The position numbers and the translations under genes are program-made. Positions 1-11,785 of a stretch of 64,000 bases of DNA are shown here, piece after piece. Below the pieces are notes generated by a model. It saw only the letters and a program-made list of their open reading frames with translations, was not told the origin of the DNA and ran no database searches. How positions within the stretch are numbered: position 1 is the first letter of the stretch; the number at the start of each line of letters is the position of its first letter. The stretch comes from Octopus bimaculoides (Eukaryota), in assembly GCF_001194135.2 (NCBI RefSeq), contig NC_068988.1, positions 20,797,543-20,861,542 of the forward strand, in the 5' to 3' direction.

Positions 1-94
1 TGGCTACACAAGGCTCCAATCTGATTTGGCAGAGTTTCTACAGCTGGATGCCCTTCCTAACGCCAACCACTCCGAGAGTGTAGTGGGTGCTTTT
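1..94 (-). mobile_element. Family D retroposon, partial (cut by window edge)
   Basis: Matches the D segment ...ggctccaatctgatttggcagagtttctacagctggatgcccttcctaacgccaaccactc... also at 10.4, 21.2 and 54.4 kb. Confidence 0.85.
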
Positions 95-1816
95 AATAAA
101 TATACATATATTTATTAATATTTAGTAGAAGCAATAGTGACTCAACAGCCAAGAGTTTCGTGCATTGACACTTATGGACATTAAAACAAGATGGCTCTAT
201 TCTTATATATATATATACACACATATATAAATTCAATTATTTTATATAAGAGAGAAGCCAGCAAACAAGGGCACAAGCCATAAAGAATCTTTTCAAAGGA
301 CATTTATTACTTGAAGAAGGAAAAACATCATAAGCTAATGGAGGAGCCTCTACCATCACCCTTCATCTTGCCAGAATTAGCATTAAAATCTCTTACAACT
401 CACAGCAAATTGTCTTAAAAAAGAAAAGACCCACGTTGGATAAAATAAGTAGTAGGATCCAAAGATACTAGCAAAGAACCCTGTAAGCAATTATTGAGTA
501 TAAACAGTTCTAAATTGGAGCAAATAAGGTCACCATTGATATCATCAGATAACATTTCTCTCCAACATAGATTTATGTCCAAAATGCTACCGTTTCTGTA
601 TCTGTGCAACAAAACACTTTACTCCACTTTTGAACTAATTATATATATTGGATAACTTAGTCCTAAATACACTATGTTTGGAAAAAAAAAAAAAAACGAA
701 GACAGGATGGTCACAACTAGAAAGCCTTTGATTATATATCTTGATCAATCAGTTAAACAATGAGAACACAAACCAATGACAAACCACATTGCATGATAGC
801 CAAACCTGCTATAAATAGTCTCCACTTATCACACACTCTCTTGGTTTAAAAAGGCATATATTGGATAATGTAGTCATAGGTAAATTGTAGTGAACTAAGG
901 AAAAAATGGAATGATCATGGCTGGAATGCCTTTGAACCTGTTTGCTGAGTCAGGATTGGCTTGAAGCTAAAACAAACCGCTGTCATTGCCACCACTCATC
1001 ACCACTGTTTATGTATCATCAATTAATTAACCAGGTATAATCAATAGGTAAATTAGTATCTGATATATTTATCAATCGAGCATTGAAATGCTAATTAAAA
1101 ACAATATATGTTGAGGGGCCAAAAAATTGATAGCAATGACTAATATCATTTCCCTTGTAATTTTCAATGTTCCATTCTTACCTATAGTGGCAAGCCAGTT
1201 TCATTTTCCAAAACATTCCACAAGTATTTTCAATGTTACAGAAGCCATATTTTAGTCTGGACCCTCTAGGGTAGATTTTACAAGAGTGAGGGATCTGCAA
1301 AGTTTAGAGATAACCCACACTTGTGACTTAAGATGTTAATATAATATTATAGCAGCGACTCCATCTAAGAATATCTGAAGAAGGAATTGTATTCCGAAAT
1401 ATCATCGGACTATAGATAATTAAATTACAACAGGTATATAGTCCATTTTTTGTATTATAGTGCATTGTTGTACCATTCAAAACTTTTTATTCTTAATTTT
1501 GTTTAGAAATCAAGGTCACATTGTGTAAATACACAATGTGACCAGAGAATGTGACATTAATAGTGCAGAAATCACCAATTTTTTATTAGTTTACTTTCTA
1601 CTTTAGCTCCCAACAGTCATAAGTTCGAAATCTTTCACCATTTATCTGTTACTGATGATATGAAGGCATCTTTACAGTTATATTTTTTTGATCGTCCAAG
1701 TTGTGGCATAGACATGATTATAAGGGTAATGAATTTGTTTTATAACCATGTGTCAGGTTCCATAGTCTACTTTGAGAGTAGAATTTGGTAGATAGAAACT
1801 ATGCATGAATCCATTT

Positions 1817-1863
<47 letters not shown>

Positions 1864-3198
1864 CAAAAGACATAAACAGAAGCTTAGAAAAAAAAAAAAG
1901 AAAAATTGGTGATTAAAAAAAATTCTTGGTGATAACTGTTCTGCACCAAATCACAAACACTCCTTTATCACTCTCAGCATAAGCAATGCAATAAACAAGT
2001 GATTAACCCATTAGAAACCTGTAGCCAACACTACTAGTGTTCAACTAATACAACAGAAAATAATCAATAAATAAGACAGAAGCAATATTTCTTTTGAGTC
2101 AATTTAAAATATTATTCTCATGTTTTCTAAAACATGTTAATCACTGTCAACCATTTTACAATAGTTCCTCATCCGTTATCAATAAATGGACAAAATAAGA
2201 GTTCATCCTTCAATGCTTTCTTTGAACCTCAGCAGCTCAATATTCTAGATTCAATAAAAGCTGTTTCCTCTGATAAACTTTGTATGTCGTTTCTACTAAC
2301 ACTCCCAGACTTCCACTTAGCCACCAATATGAAATGTATTTTTAATGGAAAAACAAATGAAAATTTGAGGTGGTATGGTTGAATGGTCAGAGTACTAAAT
2401 TACAAGAACAATGATCACGAGTTCAAACCGCATTATGAGTATTTCATTCTCAATTTAGACAAAAATATATTACGTTTAATACTTTAATTGCTTGGCTGAA
2501 AAATAGGTAGTGCTTCTACTTCATGGTTGAATGGTTGGCATTAGAAGAAAGATCTGCTGGCAAAAAAAAAAAAAAAAAAAAACCACAAGAGGAATATATT
2601 TCCAACTTCAATATCATAGACATAACCCTAAGCCTACTCTAGTGATTGTATACACTTATACAGTGACATCAAAAGTGACCTTTAACAGTGAAAAGTTAAC
2701 AGAGAACTTCAAAGCAATGCTGACCTTTTCTCCATTTTCTGTAATGCTATTTACAATAAACTGGTTTCTTCATAACTATCTCCACTTCCCAATTTCACTA
2801 TCGTTATACACAAAAACAAACCTACCAACTCGACCGACCAACCCTTTCACAAACACGTCAATAGTGGTCATTTGTTTCATCTTCCTTCATGTTAGTCAAA
2901 CATTTATTAAGGGACAAATGGGGTTCAGTTTATTTAATCCTTTTCAAAGTGATACACTTCGTGCCTTGCCAATGCAACTTCAAATACCATAAGAGCATAG
3001 ATGCAACACTTCAAGTACTACATCATTGGATCTCCAACACAACATATCTGTAGGACTGTACAATGCATGCTTAAATAGTAAACCACAGGTAGTTGTTGTT
3101 TAACCGCAGGACAACCTTATTTGAGCAGATCTATGATGAAAGGTATTCCAGCTGTAATGACAGCACCTCCTTTCTTCTCAGTGCAGTTGTCATAGTGT

Positions 3199-3595
3199 TC
3201 CAGTCCAGTCCAGTTGGCACTCCGTCACTTACGACGTCGAGGATTCCAGTTGATCCGATCAACGGAACAGCCTCCTCGTGAAATTAACGTGCAAGTGGTT
3301 GAGCACTCCACAGACATGTGTACCCTTAACGTAGTTCTCGGGGATATTCAGCGTGAGACAGAGTGCGACAAGGCTGACCCTTTGAATTACAGGCACAACA
3401 GAAACAGGAAGTAAAAGTGAGAGAAAGTTGTGGTGAAAGAGTACAGCAGGGTTCGCCACCATCCCCTGCCGGAGCCTCGTGGAGCTTCAGGTGTTTTCGC
3501 TCAATAAACACTCACAACGCCCGGTCTGGGAATCGAAACCGCGATCCTATGACCGCGAGTCCGCTGCCCTAACCACTGGGCCATTGCGCCTCCAC
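3199..3595 (-). mobile_element. tRNA-derived SINE, family A, full length
   Basis: Minus strand starts gtggaggcgcaatggcccagtggttagg (A-box-like) and has ggtttcgattccc (B-box-like); near-identical to three other copies; 11-bp TSD tgtcatagtgt (3188-3198, 3596-3606). Confidence 0.92.
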
Positions 3596-3869
3596 TGTCA
3601 TAGTGTATATAGACTACATTATCAAATATGCCCTTTTCTTTTTTCTTTTTATTTTAAACTCTCCCTGTACTTATGAGTTACACCTAAAAAATTATTTGGT
3701 CTTCCAAAATTAAGGCTGACATGTGAATACTTACCTAAAAGCAACATAACTAGATTTATGATTTTGTTTTTCTATTAATATTACATATGATATCATATTT
3801 AAGCTACAGCAACTACAAGTGTTGGATAACAAATTCTCTTAAGCAAGCCAAATATTTTACTAGTATTAT

Positions 3870-4556
3870 TATTATTGGATAATAGAAAGGCATTGAACTG
3901 GCAGGACCATTAGGGCATTGGAAAAATGATTAGCAGCATTTTTTTTCCTGCTCTTTGTGTTCTGAGCTCAAATCCTGCTGAGGTCAACTCTGCCTTTCAT
4001 TCTTTTGGAGGAGAAAAAATAAAGTACCGGTCAAGTATTTGAATCAGATCAATATAATTAACTTACCCCCTCCCTTTAAAACTGCTGGCCTTATGTCAAA
4101 ATTAGAAAAAAAAGAATTACTGGGTTGACAGAATCAGTAGTGTTGAGCAAAATAGGTTGCTGTAATTATATTGTAAGTTCAAATCTTGCTAGGATTGACT
4201 AAAGTTGATTATTAAAAAAAAATTTTTTTTTTAAGTACCAGCAATATCCTGAGACTTTATTTCATTGACTATACCCACTACTTAATAAATATGCTCCCTG
4301 TTGCCAATGTTAGGAATCATTATTATTATTATTACTATTGATATTTCTTCTATAGGAACAAGGCCTGAAAATTTGAGGGAAGAAGCTAGTTGATTACATC
4401 AACCCCAGTGATCAACTGGTACATATTTCATCAACCCCAAAAAATAAAAGGCAAAGTTGACCTTGGTGGAATTTGAACTCAGAACATAAAGACAGACAAA
4501 ATACCATAAAGCATTTTGTCCAGTATGCTAACAATCCTGCCAGCTCACAGTCCTAT
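3870..4556. mobile_element. Cluster of degenerate family C (ATT-tail variant) SINE copies in both orientations
   Basis: Diverged matches to ggcagaatc..ttagc..tctgagttcaaat..gaggtcaactttgcctttcat and its reverse complement, separated by (ATT)n. Confidence 0.7.
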
Positions 4557-5046
4557 TATTACTACTGATATTAAAAGCACTATCATACTGCTGGTGCTGA
4601 TTAGCATATAGTTTACAAAATATTTATATTAATTCCTCCCAGGCATTCCTAAATCTAATTAGAGATTGAAAGGTGTAAACAAAAATTCTGTTGCCAGAAT
4701 GTAGAGAAATCATTGTGTGTGAAGGTGTCAACTCTATCAACCAATCAACCTTTCTATTATACTACCCTATGAAATTATTAAATTATAAGATTATACACTG
4801 AACTATCAGGCTCAGCTCCATCTGACAAAGTTATTCATAGGTGTTATGTCTGGATTTTGTTTTTGTTTTTGTTTTTTGTCAATGTGTTTATTCGGGAGTG
4901 TTTTAAAAACAGCTCTGATTAAAGTGACCTACTATTAAAAGTGTTCCAGCCATGATCATCCGGCCTTTTGTTCAGACATAATATATCTAAGACTTCATGT
5001 GAAAGTGATCCTTGCAAAGAAAACTTGATACAAGCAAACATTGATT

Positions 5047-5401
5047 AATATTATTATTATTGTTGTTCAGTAGTTTTATTTTTATAACATGCTTTCACTT
5101 CACTACCGAGCGCAGCTCTGTGCGCCTTGGGTATGTGCTGTGGTTTGCTGTGATGCTCTTATGGTTACTGTATTGAAAGTGTTTTATGTAGGATGTGTGC
5201 AGTGCGCAGTAGTGCAATTTTCTGTATGTTATATATATTTGTAAGTCCTGGTGTTTTTGTTATGTATTTGTCTGAATATTTTTTTATTATACCTAAGGCA
5301 CCTACTATGATAGGAATTGTTTCTGTTTTTAGATTCCACATTCGAGTTACCTCTATTTCCAGGTCTTTGTATTTTGGAAGTTTTTCCATTTCTTTTAGGG
5401 A
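5047..5401 (-). mobile_element. 5'-truncated non-LTR retrotransposon, restriction-like endonuclease type (R4/Dong-like): ORF end, 3' UTR and (AAT)n tail
   Basis: Frame 5401-5165 reads SLKEMEKLPKYKDLEIEVTRMWNLKTETIPIIVGALG...IQKIALLRTAHILHKTLSIQ*, which I recognise as the RLE C-terminus of R4/Dong/NeSL-type elements; ~100-nt UTR; both flanks are TAA/TTA repeats. Confidence 0.8.
5165..5401 (-). pseudogene. Retrotransposon ORF fragment (RLE C-terminal region)
   Basis: Open frame without a genuine start; truncated at the microsatellite junction. Confidence 0.75.
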
Positions 5402-5439
5402 ATATTATTATTATCATTATTATTATTATTATTATTATT

Positions 5440-5745
5440 TATGCACCCTTTTCAAACCTAGCCAGGCTCATGGGCCCAGTTACCCAGTTTCTATGGCGTA
5501 TGTGTTCCCCCAGCTGGACGGGATGCCAGTCCATTGCAGTGTTACTCGAGAAACAGGAAGAAAAAGTGAGAGAAAGTTGGGGGCGAAAGAGTACAACAGG
5601 GGTCGCCACCACCTCTTGCCGGAGCCTCGTGGAGCTTTATGTGTTTATGCTCAATAAACACACACAATGCCCGGTCTGGGAATCGAAACCGCGATTCTCC
5701 GACCACGAGTCCGCTGCCCTAACCACTGGGCAATTGCACCTTCAC
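5440..5745 (-). mobile_element. SINE with family A head and a different body
   Basis: 5553-5745 matches the A head and proximal region; 5440-5552 does not match A. Confidence 0.8.
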
Positions 5746-6534
5746 ATCATTATTATTATTATTATTATTATTCAGTCTCCAATTCTATGATACCAGTCAG
5801 ATAGATGCTTATTATAATTATCAACAATTTCTTACTTGGACCCAAGGCTACAAAACTTCACGGAAGATGTAAAATGATCAATGAAATTGGCCTTGTGCAT
5901 GGCTGGTAATTATTAGAAGTCTCACCCACCAAGTAAAAATGTCAACCATTGAACAAAATGTTTAAGAGCATGATTAAAAATCCTACAAATAATAAAAATA
6001 ATAATCCTTTCTACTATGGGCACAAGGCCTGAAATTTTAGGAAAGAAGGATAGTTGATTACATCAACCCCAATGCTTAATTGGTATGTTTTCCATTGACC
6101 TTGAAAGGATGAAAGGCAAAATCAGCCTCAGCAGTGTTTGAGCTCAGACAGTGGAGACAGATGAAATGTTGCCAAGCATTTTATCTGGCGCAATAACAAT
6201 TCTGCCAGCTAATCTCAACAATAATAATAATGCATCTGACCACAAATTTGTAGGGAGGGGTTGGTTGATAAAAACCATGATTAGTACCTTTATTCTACTG
6301 ACCCTGGATGGATGAATAGCAAAGTTGACCTTGATTGGATTTGAACTCAGAACCCAAAAGATCAATAAAAATACTACCTAACGATGATGATGATGAGGCA
6401 ACTAAGAAACAGAAATGTTAGTGCGTCGAACTAAATACCTTTCTACACCTTGTGTGTTCCTCTACATTCTAAGTGTATGTAACATCTTGGCCAATTTTTG
6501 ACCTTTTGTCTTCTAGAGTCAACAAAATAAGTAC

Positions 6535-6932
6535 GGCTGTGTGGTAAGTAGCTTGCTTACCAACCACATGGTTCCGGGTTCAGTCCCACTGCGTGGCACC
6601 TTGGGCAAGTGTCTTCTACTATAGCCTCGGTCGGGCCGACCAAAGCCTTGTGAGTGGATTTGGTAGACGGAAACTGAAAGAAGCCCGTCGTATATATGTA
6701 TATGTATATGTATGAGTGTGTTTGTGTGTCTGTGTTTGTCTCCCCAACATCGCTTGATAATCGATGCTGGTGTGTTTACATCCCCGTAACTTAGCGGTTT
6801 GGCAAAAGAGACTGATAGAATAAGTACTAGGTTTACAAAGAATAAGTTCTGGGGTTGATTTGCTCGACTAAAGGCGGTGCTCCAGCATGGCCGCAGTCAA
6901 ATGACTGAAACAAATAAAAGAGTAAAAGAGTA
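6535..6932 (+). mobile_element. tRNA-derived SINE, family B
   Basis: Head ggctgtgtggtaagtagcttg...ggttccgggttcagtcccactg, gcaccttgggcaagtgtctt, internal (TA)n(TG)n, tail aaaagagtaaaagag. Confidence 0.92.
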
Positions 6933-7584
6933 AACCCATATTATAATGACAGATTAAATCAACTAGAATTCTCCACTTCAATTTTGTAGCACTGTGTCAA
7001 AGTCAGCTATCATTATTAGTATCAGAGGAGCATTTCTCAACAGCTTTTCTCCATTATGGTTATGTAGTTATAACCCTTAAAGTATTGTTATGTTCAAATT
7101 CTGCTGGAGTCTCATCTTGGCCTTCAACACTACCGAGGTCAACTTGGCCTTTCATCCAACTGGGGTTAATAAAATAAATACCAAGAAGATACTGGAGGTG
7201 ATTTAACTAACCACACCCCTCCCTCCAAAAATATGTGACCTTGTGCCGATGTAAGAAATTACCATTATTATTATTATTCATTCTCTTAGAAACCTTATCC
7301 AGCAGATTAATTTTAACTGGAATGAACCAATAAATTATGGATAAATTCACACACTTTAATTAAAAGCTATTCAGCAGTAATCACGTTCATTATTCCCTAA
7401 ACTGATAAAACCAAAAATTAATAAATAATAATTAACAATAGATAACAATATCAAAGTAAGGATATTGTTGCATGCTCTAACTAGAAGAATTTTGGTTCTT
7501 TGAAACACAGCAGTTTCGATTAGTAAAAATTTAAATAAATAAATAAACCATATTCAAATCAACAATATTTTGAAAAGAAGCAAA

Positions 7585-7912
7585 GGCCCGTGGCTTAGTG
7601 GTTAGGGGTATTCAACTCATGATCTTAAGGTCATGAGTTTGATTCCTGGCGGTGCATTGAGTTCTTCAGCAAGACACTTTATTTTACATTGCTCCAGTCT
7701 ACTCAGCTGGCAAAAAAAGGACTGAATAGTAGTTGCAATTAAAAGGAACAGCCTTCTCACATTCTGCTTCACACTGAATCTCCCTGAGACCTATGTTGAG
7801 GGTACACAAGGCTGTGGAGTGCTCAGCCACTTGCACATTAATTTCACGAACAGTCTGTTCCAATGACTGGAACAACTGGAACCCTCATAATCACAACTGA
7901 CGGAGTGCCAGT
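7585..7912 (+). mobile_element. Older SINE with a distinct tRNA-like head and the family A 3' body
   Basis: Head gtggcttagtggttagggg...gagtttgattcctgg; 3' part tgcacattaatttcacga...actggaaccctc...gacggagtgcc matches the A body. Confidence 0.7.
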
Positions 7913-7941
7913 TTTTATTTTGAAAGTATGGTGGGTGGTGG

Positions 7942-8546
7942 NNNNNNNNNNNNNNNNNNNNNNNNNNNNNNNNNNNNNNNNNNNNNNNNNNNNNNNNNNN
8001 NNNNNNNNNNNNNNNNNNNNNNNNNNNNNNNNNNNNNNNNNNNNNNNNNNNNNNNNNNNNNNNNNNNNNNNNNNNNNNNNNNNNNNNNNNNNNNNNNNNN
8101 NNNNNNNNNNNNNNNNNNNNNNNNNNNNNNNNNNNNNNNNNNNNNNNNNNNNNNNNNNNNNNNNNNNNNNNNNNNNNNNNNNNNNNNNNNNNNNNNNNNN
8201 NNNNNNNNNNNNNNNNNNNNNNNNNNNNNNNNNNNNNNNNNNNNNNNNNNNNNNNNNNNNNNNNNNNNNNNNNNNNNNNNNNNNNNNNNNNNNNNNNNNN
8301 NNNNNNNNNNNNNNNNNNNNNNNNNNNNNNNNNNNNNNNNNNNNNNNNNNNNNNNNNNNNNNNNNNNNNNNNNNNNNNNNNNNNNNNNNNNNNNNNNNNN
8401 NNNNNNNNNNNNNNNNNNNNNNNNNNNNNNNNNNNNNNNNNNNNNNNNNNNNNNNNNNNNNNNNNNNNNNNNNNNNNNNNNNNNNNNNNNNNNNNNNNNN
8501 NNNNNNNNNNNNNNNNNNNNNNNNNNNNNNNNNNNNNNNNNNNNNN
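7942..8546. other. Assembly gap (N run) followed by (CT)n
   Basis: N characters; other large gaps at 34940-35243, 52627-53210, 57222-57689 and 58647-59051. Confidence 0.99.
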
Positions 8547-8616
<70 letters not shown>

Positions 8617-9701
8617 TCAACTACATTTCTTATTCCTCCCCTCTATTCCTCACACACTCCACTTACACCACCTCACTTTACTTCTTTAGTTTCTGAAATT
8701 CTTGTACAGAAGAAGAAGATGAAGAAGAAAGAGCACTCATTACCTTTGCAGACCTTCCTAAACTAGTGTGGATGGTTGTACCAAAAGCCCAGCTCACACA
8801 CTCATACATACACACAATTTTAAAAATATGATAAAAATAATTTTCATTTAGAAAGAAAAATAGCTTCTATGAAATTTAGAAAATTGCTGACATGTTACAA
8901 GAAAAATCAATAATAGCAACTGAAGATTTCATGGGGGTAAATTTACAAGTCTATATTTAACCAAGTTCTCAGGTGAACCCCTTCCAGTTATCAATTCCAC
9001 CAACTGGTGCAAAATAAATTTCAATAACAGCATTGATGAAAATCATTTTTTAGCATAAATAAAATCTAAGATGAAAGAATTTTATTGTAAAGCTTCAATC
9101 AATTACGATTTATAATTAAAAGCAAAATATCTAACAAAATTTGAAAAATTAGATTTTTGATACTAATACGATACTGTGTGGAAACTAAGACCTGTGTTTT
9201 AGGGTTTCACAGATTTTGTTGTAAAGCTTCAATTAGTTATGAATTATAATTAAAAAAAAGTTTTTAAATAAAATTTTCAAAAGTTTGATTTTTATGCTTC
9301 TAAAATATTGCACAAAAACTAAAAGCTCAAACACTCATGTCTTAGGGTTTCACACACGGTTCCTAATTGTTCTATATATGTATATATCAGAATGTGCAGT
9401 ATTGACCAACTTTTATTAATTTACTCCAAACTGAACAATGAATGAGCTAGTGTACTTTAAATAAAACCCCTTTATCTAACCCCTTTCCATTGTATTTTCA
9501 AGTATCTTCTCTCATCTTTAGTGGAAAGGGAAGTCATGAGACAACCGGTTAAGTATGCAAAACCATAGAACACAGAAAGATAAAACAAAATGCTTTACTA
9601 TATATAACTAATCTGACAAACTGATCATTCTGATTTCAAAGCCAACAAGAATCAATTTTGCCCTTCATTTTCCCAGAGTCAATAAAATAAGTACTGGTAA
9701 T

Positions 9702-10092
9702 AGGCACGGGTGTGGCTGTGTGGAAGTAGCTTGCTTACCAACCACATGGTTCTGGGTTCAGTCCCACTGTGTGGCACCTTGGGCAAGTGTCTTCTACTAT
9801 AGCCTCAGGCCGACCAAAGCCTTGCGAGTGGATTTGGCAGACGGAAACTGAAAGAAGCCCATCGTATATATGTATATATATATATGTATGTGTGTGTATA
9901 TGTTTGTCTCCCCAACATCGCTTAACAACCGATGCTGGTGTGTTTACGACCCCGTAACTTAGCGGTTCGGCAAAAGAGACCAATAGAATAAGTACTGGGC
10001 TTCCAAAGAATAAGTCTTGGGGTCGATTTACTCGACTAAAGGCGGTTCTCCAGCATGGCCGCAGTCAAATGACTGAAACAAGTAAAAGAGTA
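9702..10092 (+). mobile_element. SINE family B, full length
   Basis: Near-identical to the 6535-6932 copy. Confidence 0.92.
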
Positions 10093-10365
10093 ATCTGTCA
10101 CAATAAATTCAATGAATTATGCACCTACCCCAAAATAATATTAACCCAATAATAGAAAACAATTTTCACTGTCCACAAGCAAATGAAAAGAGCCATTTAT
10201 ATTGCTACTTGACCTGGTAGAAATAGCAAACAAATCTGATTTTCCAATGTGGTCATACATTGGTCATTAACTGAGAGAAAAAAGAATTGGATGATAACAG
10301 TTGAAATGCTTTTAATCATAGGTTATATGGATCAGGGATGATCTGAGATAAACAACAACAAATCA

Positions 10366-10735
10366 TCATCATCATTATCATCGTTTAATGTCCACTTTCC
10401 ATGCTAGCATGGGTTGGACAATTTGACTGAGGGCTGGTGAACCAGATGGCTACACCAGGCTCCAATCTGATTTGACAGAGTTTCTACAGCTGGATGCTCT
10501 TCCTAACGCCAACCACTCCGAGAGTGTAGTGGGTGATTTTACATGCCACCGGCACAAAGGCCAGTCAGACGGTACTGGCAACGGCCACACTCAAAATGGT
10601 ATATTTTACGTGTCACCCGCACAGGAGCCAGTCAAGGGACGGCACTGGCAACGATCTCGCTCGAATGTCTTTACACGTACCACCGGCACAAGTGCCAGGA
10701 AGGCGATGCTGGGCACAGGTGCCATCACGGTTTCG
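10366..10735 (-). mobile_element. Family D retroposon with (GAT)n tail and about three tandem modules
   Basis: atcatcatc...cgtttaa tail, D core, repeated tttacgtg(c/t)cacc(g/c)gcac and gccagt..actggc units. Confidence 0.85.
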
Positions 10736-10853
10736 CTTTCAAAGCCAACAAATATTAATCCAAAGACTAGTGGAAAGTAATCAACGTACACATATTTGTG
10801 AAATTTTGAGAGCAATATTAGATACAGAATGCCAATATAACCATAACAATATG

Positions 10854-11200
10854 TAACAGAGCACTCAGAGAGCACAAACCTCTGTCAAGGCAACACCAAT
10901 GATTAGCCAAAGGTGATTTTTAAAATGAGAATAAACTCAACTGCTTTCACAAACGAGAATACTAAAAATGAACCCGACTGGTCTCAAAAATTAAGTAAGA
11001 AAACAGGAAAGATAATCCAGAATCCTTGTCTGGTACCGGATTGATCCGAAAATCTAATCAGTTTGTGCCAGTCACAAAGCCAAACATCCTTGATAGTTTC
11101 ATCTGAATCCATCTAGCGGTTCTTGAGATAGCTTGTCCACAGACAAACAAACAAACACAACTGAAAACAATACCTCTGCCTTCGCTAGGGCAGAGGTAAT
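10854..11200 (+). mobile_element. Non-autonomous Helentron/DINE-1(HINE)-like element
   Basis: 5' acctctgtc (10878) repeated near the 3' end as acctctgcc; terminal 10-bp hairpin tacctctgcc/ggcagaggta (11171-11198); (acaa)n tract just upstream. Confidence 0.6.
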
Positions 11201-11726
11201 AAAGACTAATATCACGACAATGTCATAAGGCATTACTCTGGGTCCTAAATGCAAAGTTGGGCCTATGTTACATGCATTAATACACTAAAAAATTTCTTTT
11301 TCATGAATATGTGCTGTTGAAATCTAGGCGCATCAATATATGCCCATGCATCTTTTATGCCATCAAATATGGTGTGTGTGTGTGTGAGAGAGAGAGAGAG
11401 GGGGGGGAAAGCNNNNNNNNNNGGGGGGAACAATATGTTATAACAAATGCTGATATAAAGGGTCTATGAGTAATCTTCAGAAAGAATACTAGTGTGAATG
11501 TTTCGGTCAACAGTTAGTTTTGACCACAGTAGAGGACCCCCTTCTAAATGATTTAGCCTATCCCTGGTGATAATAGTATTTACAAAACCAAATGCTGTTG
11601 CAACTTACTTCCAAAAGACTTATAGGGTTTTTTGCATGAAGGCCTTTGAATTTCAAGATTAGGAAATGAGAGAGTAGTAAAAATGGATGAACGGTGAGGT
11701 GACTTAAATAAACATCCGGTTTAAAT

Positions 11727-11785
<59 letters not shown>

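Noticed and set aside
2531-2992. 153-aa ORF
   Set aside because: It starts at a non-ATG codon, crosses a poly(A) run and has no recognisable domain.
3500-3595. tRNA genes
   Set aside because: The A/B-box regions are SINE heads joined to bodies and tails, with TSDs and no complete cloverleaf.
5193-5790. 154-aa and 157-aa plus-strand ORFs
   Set aside because: They are antisense to the retrotransposon fragment and run through a microsatellite and a SINE.
7844-8696. Long ORFs across N gaps (also near 34.9, 52.6, 57.1 and 58.6 kb)
   Set aside because: They consist of X from Ns plus dinucleotide-repeat translation.
8708-8790. Acidic exon-like frame EEEDEEERALITFADLPKL after a long pyrimidine tract
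   Set aside because: No convincing donor, and the opposite strand gives an equally plausible frame.
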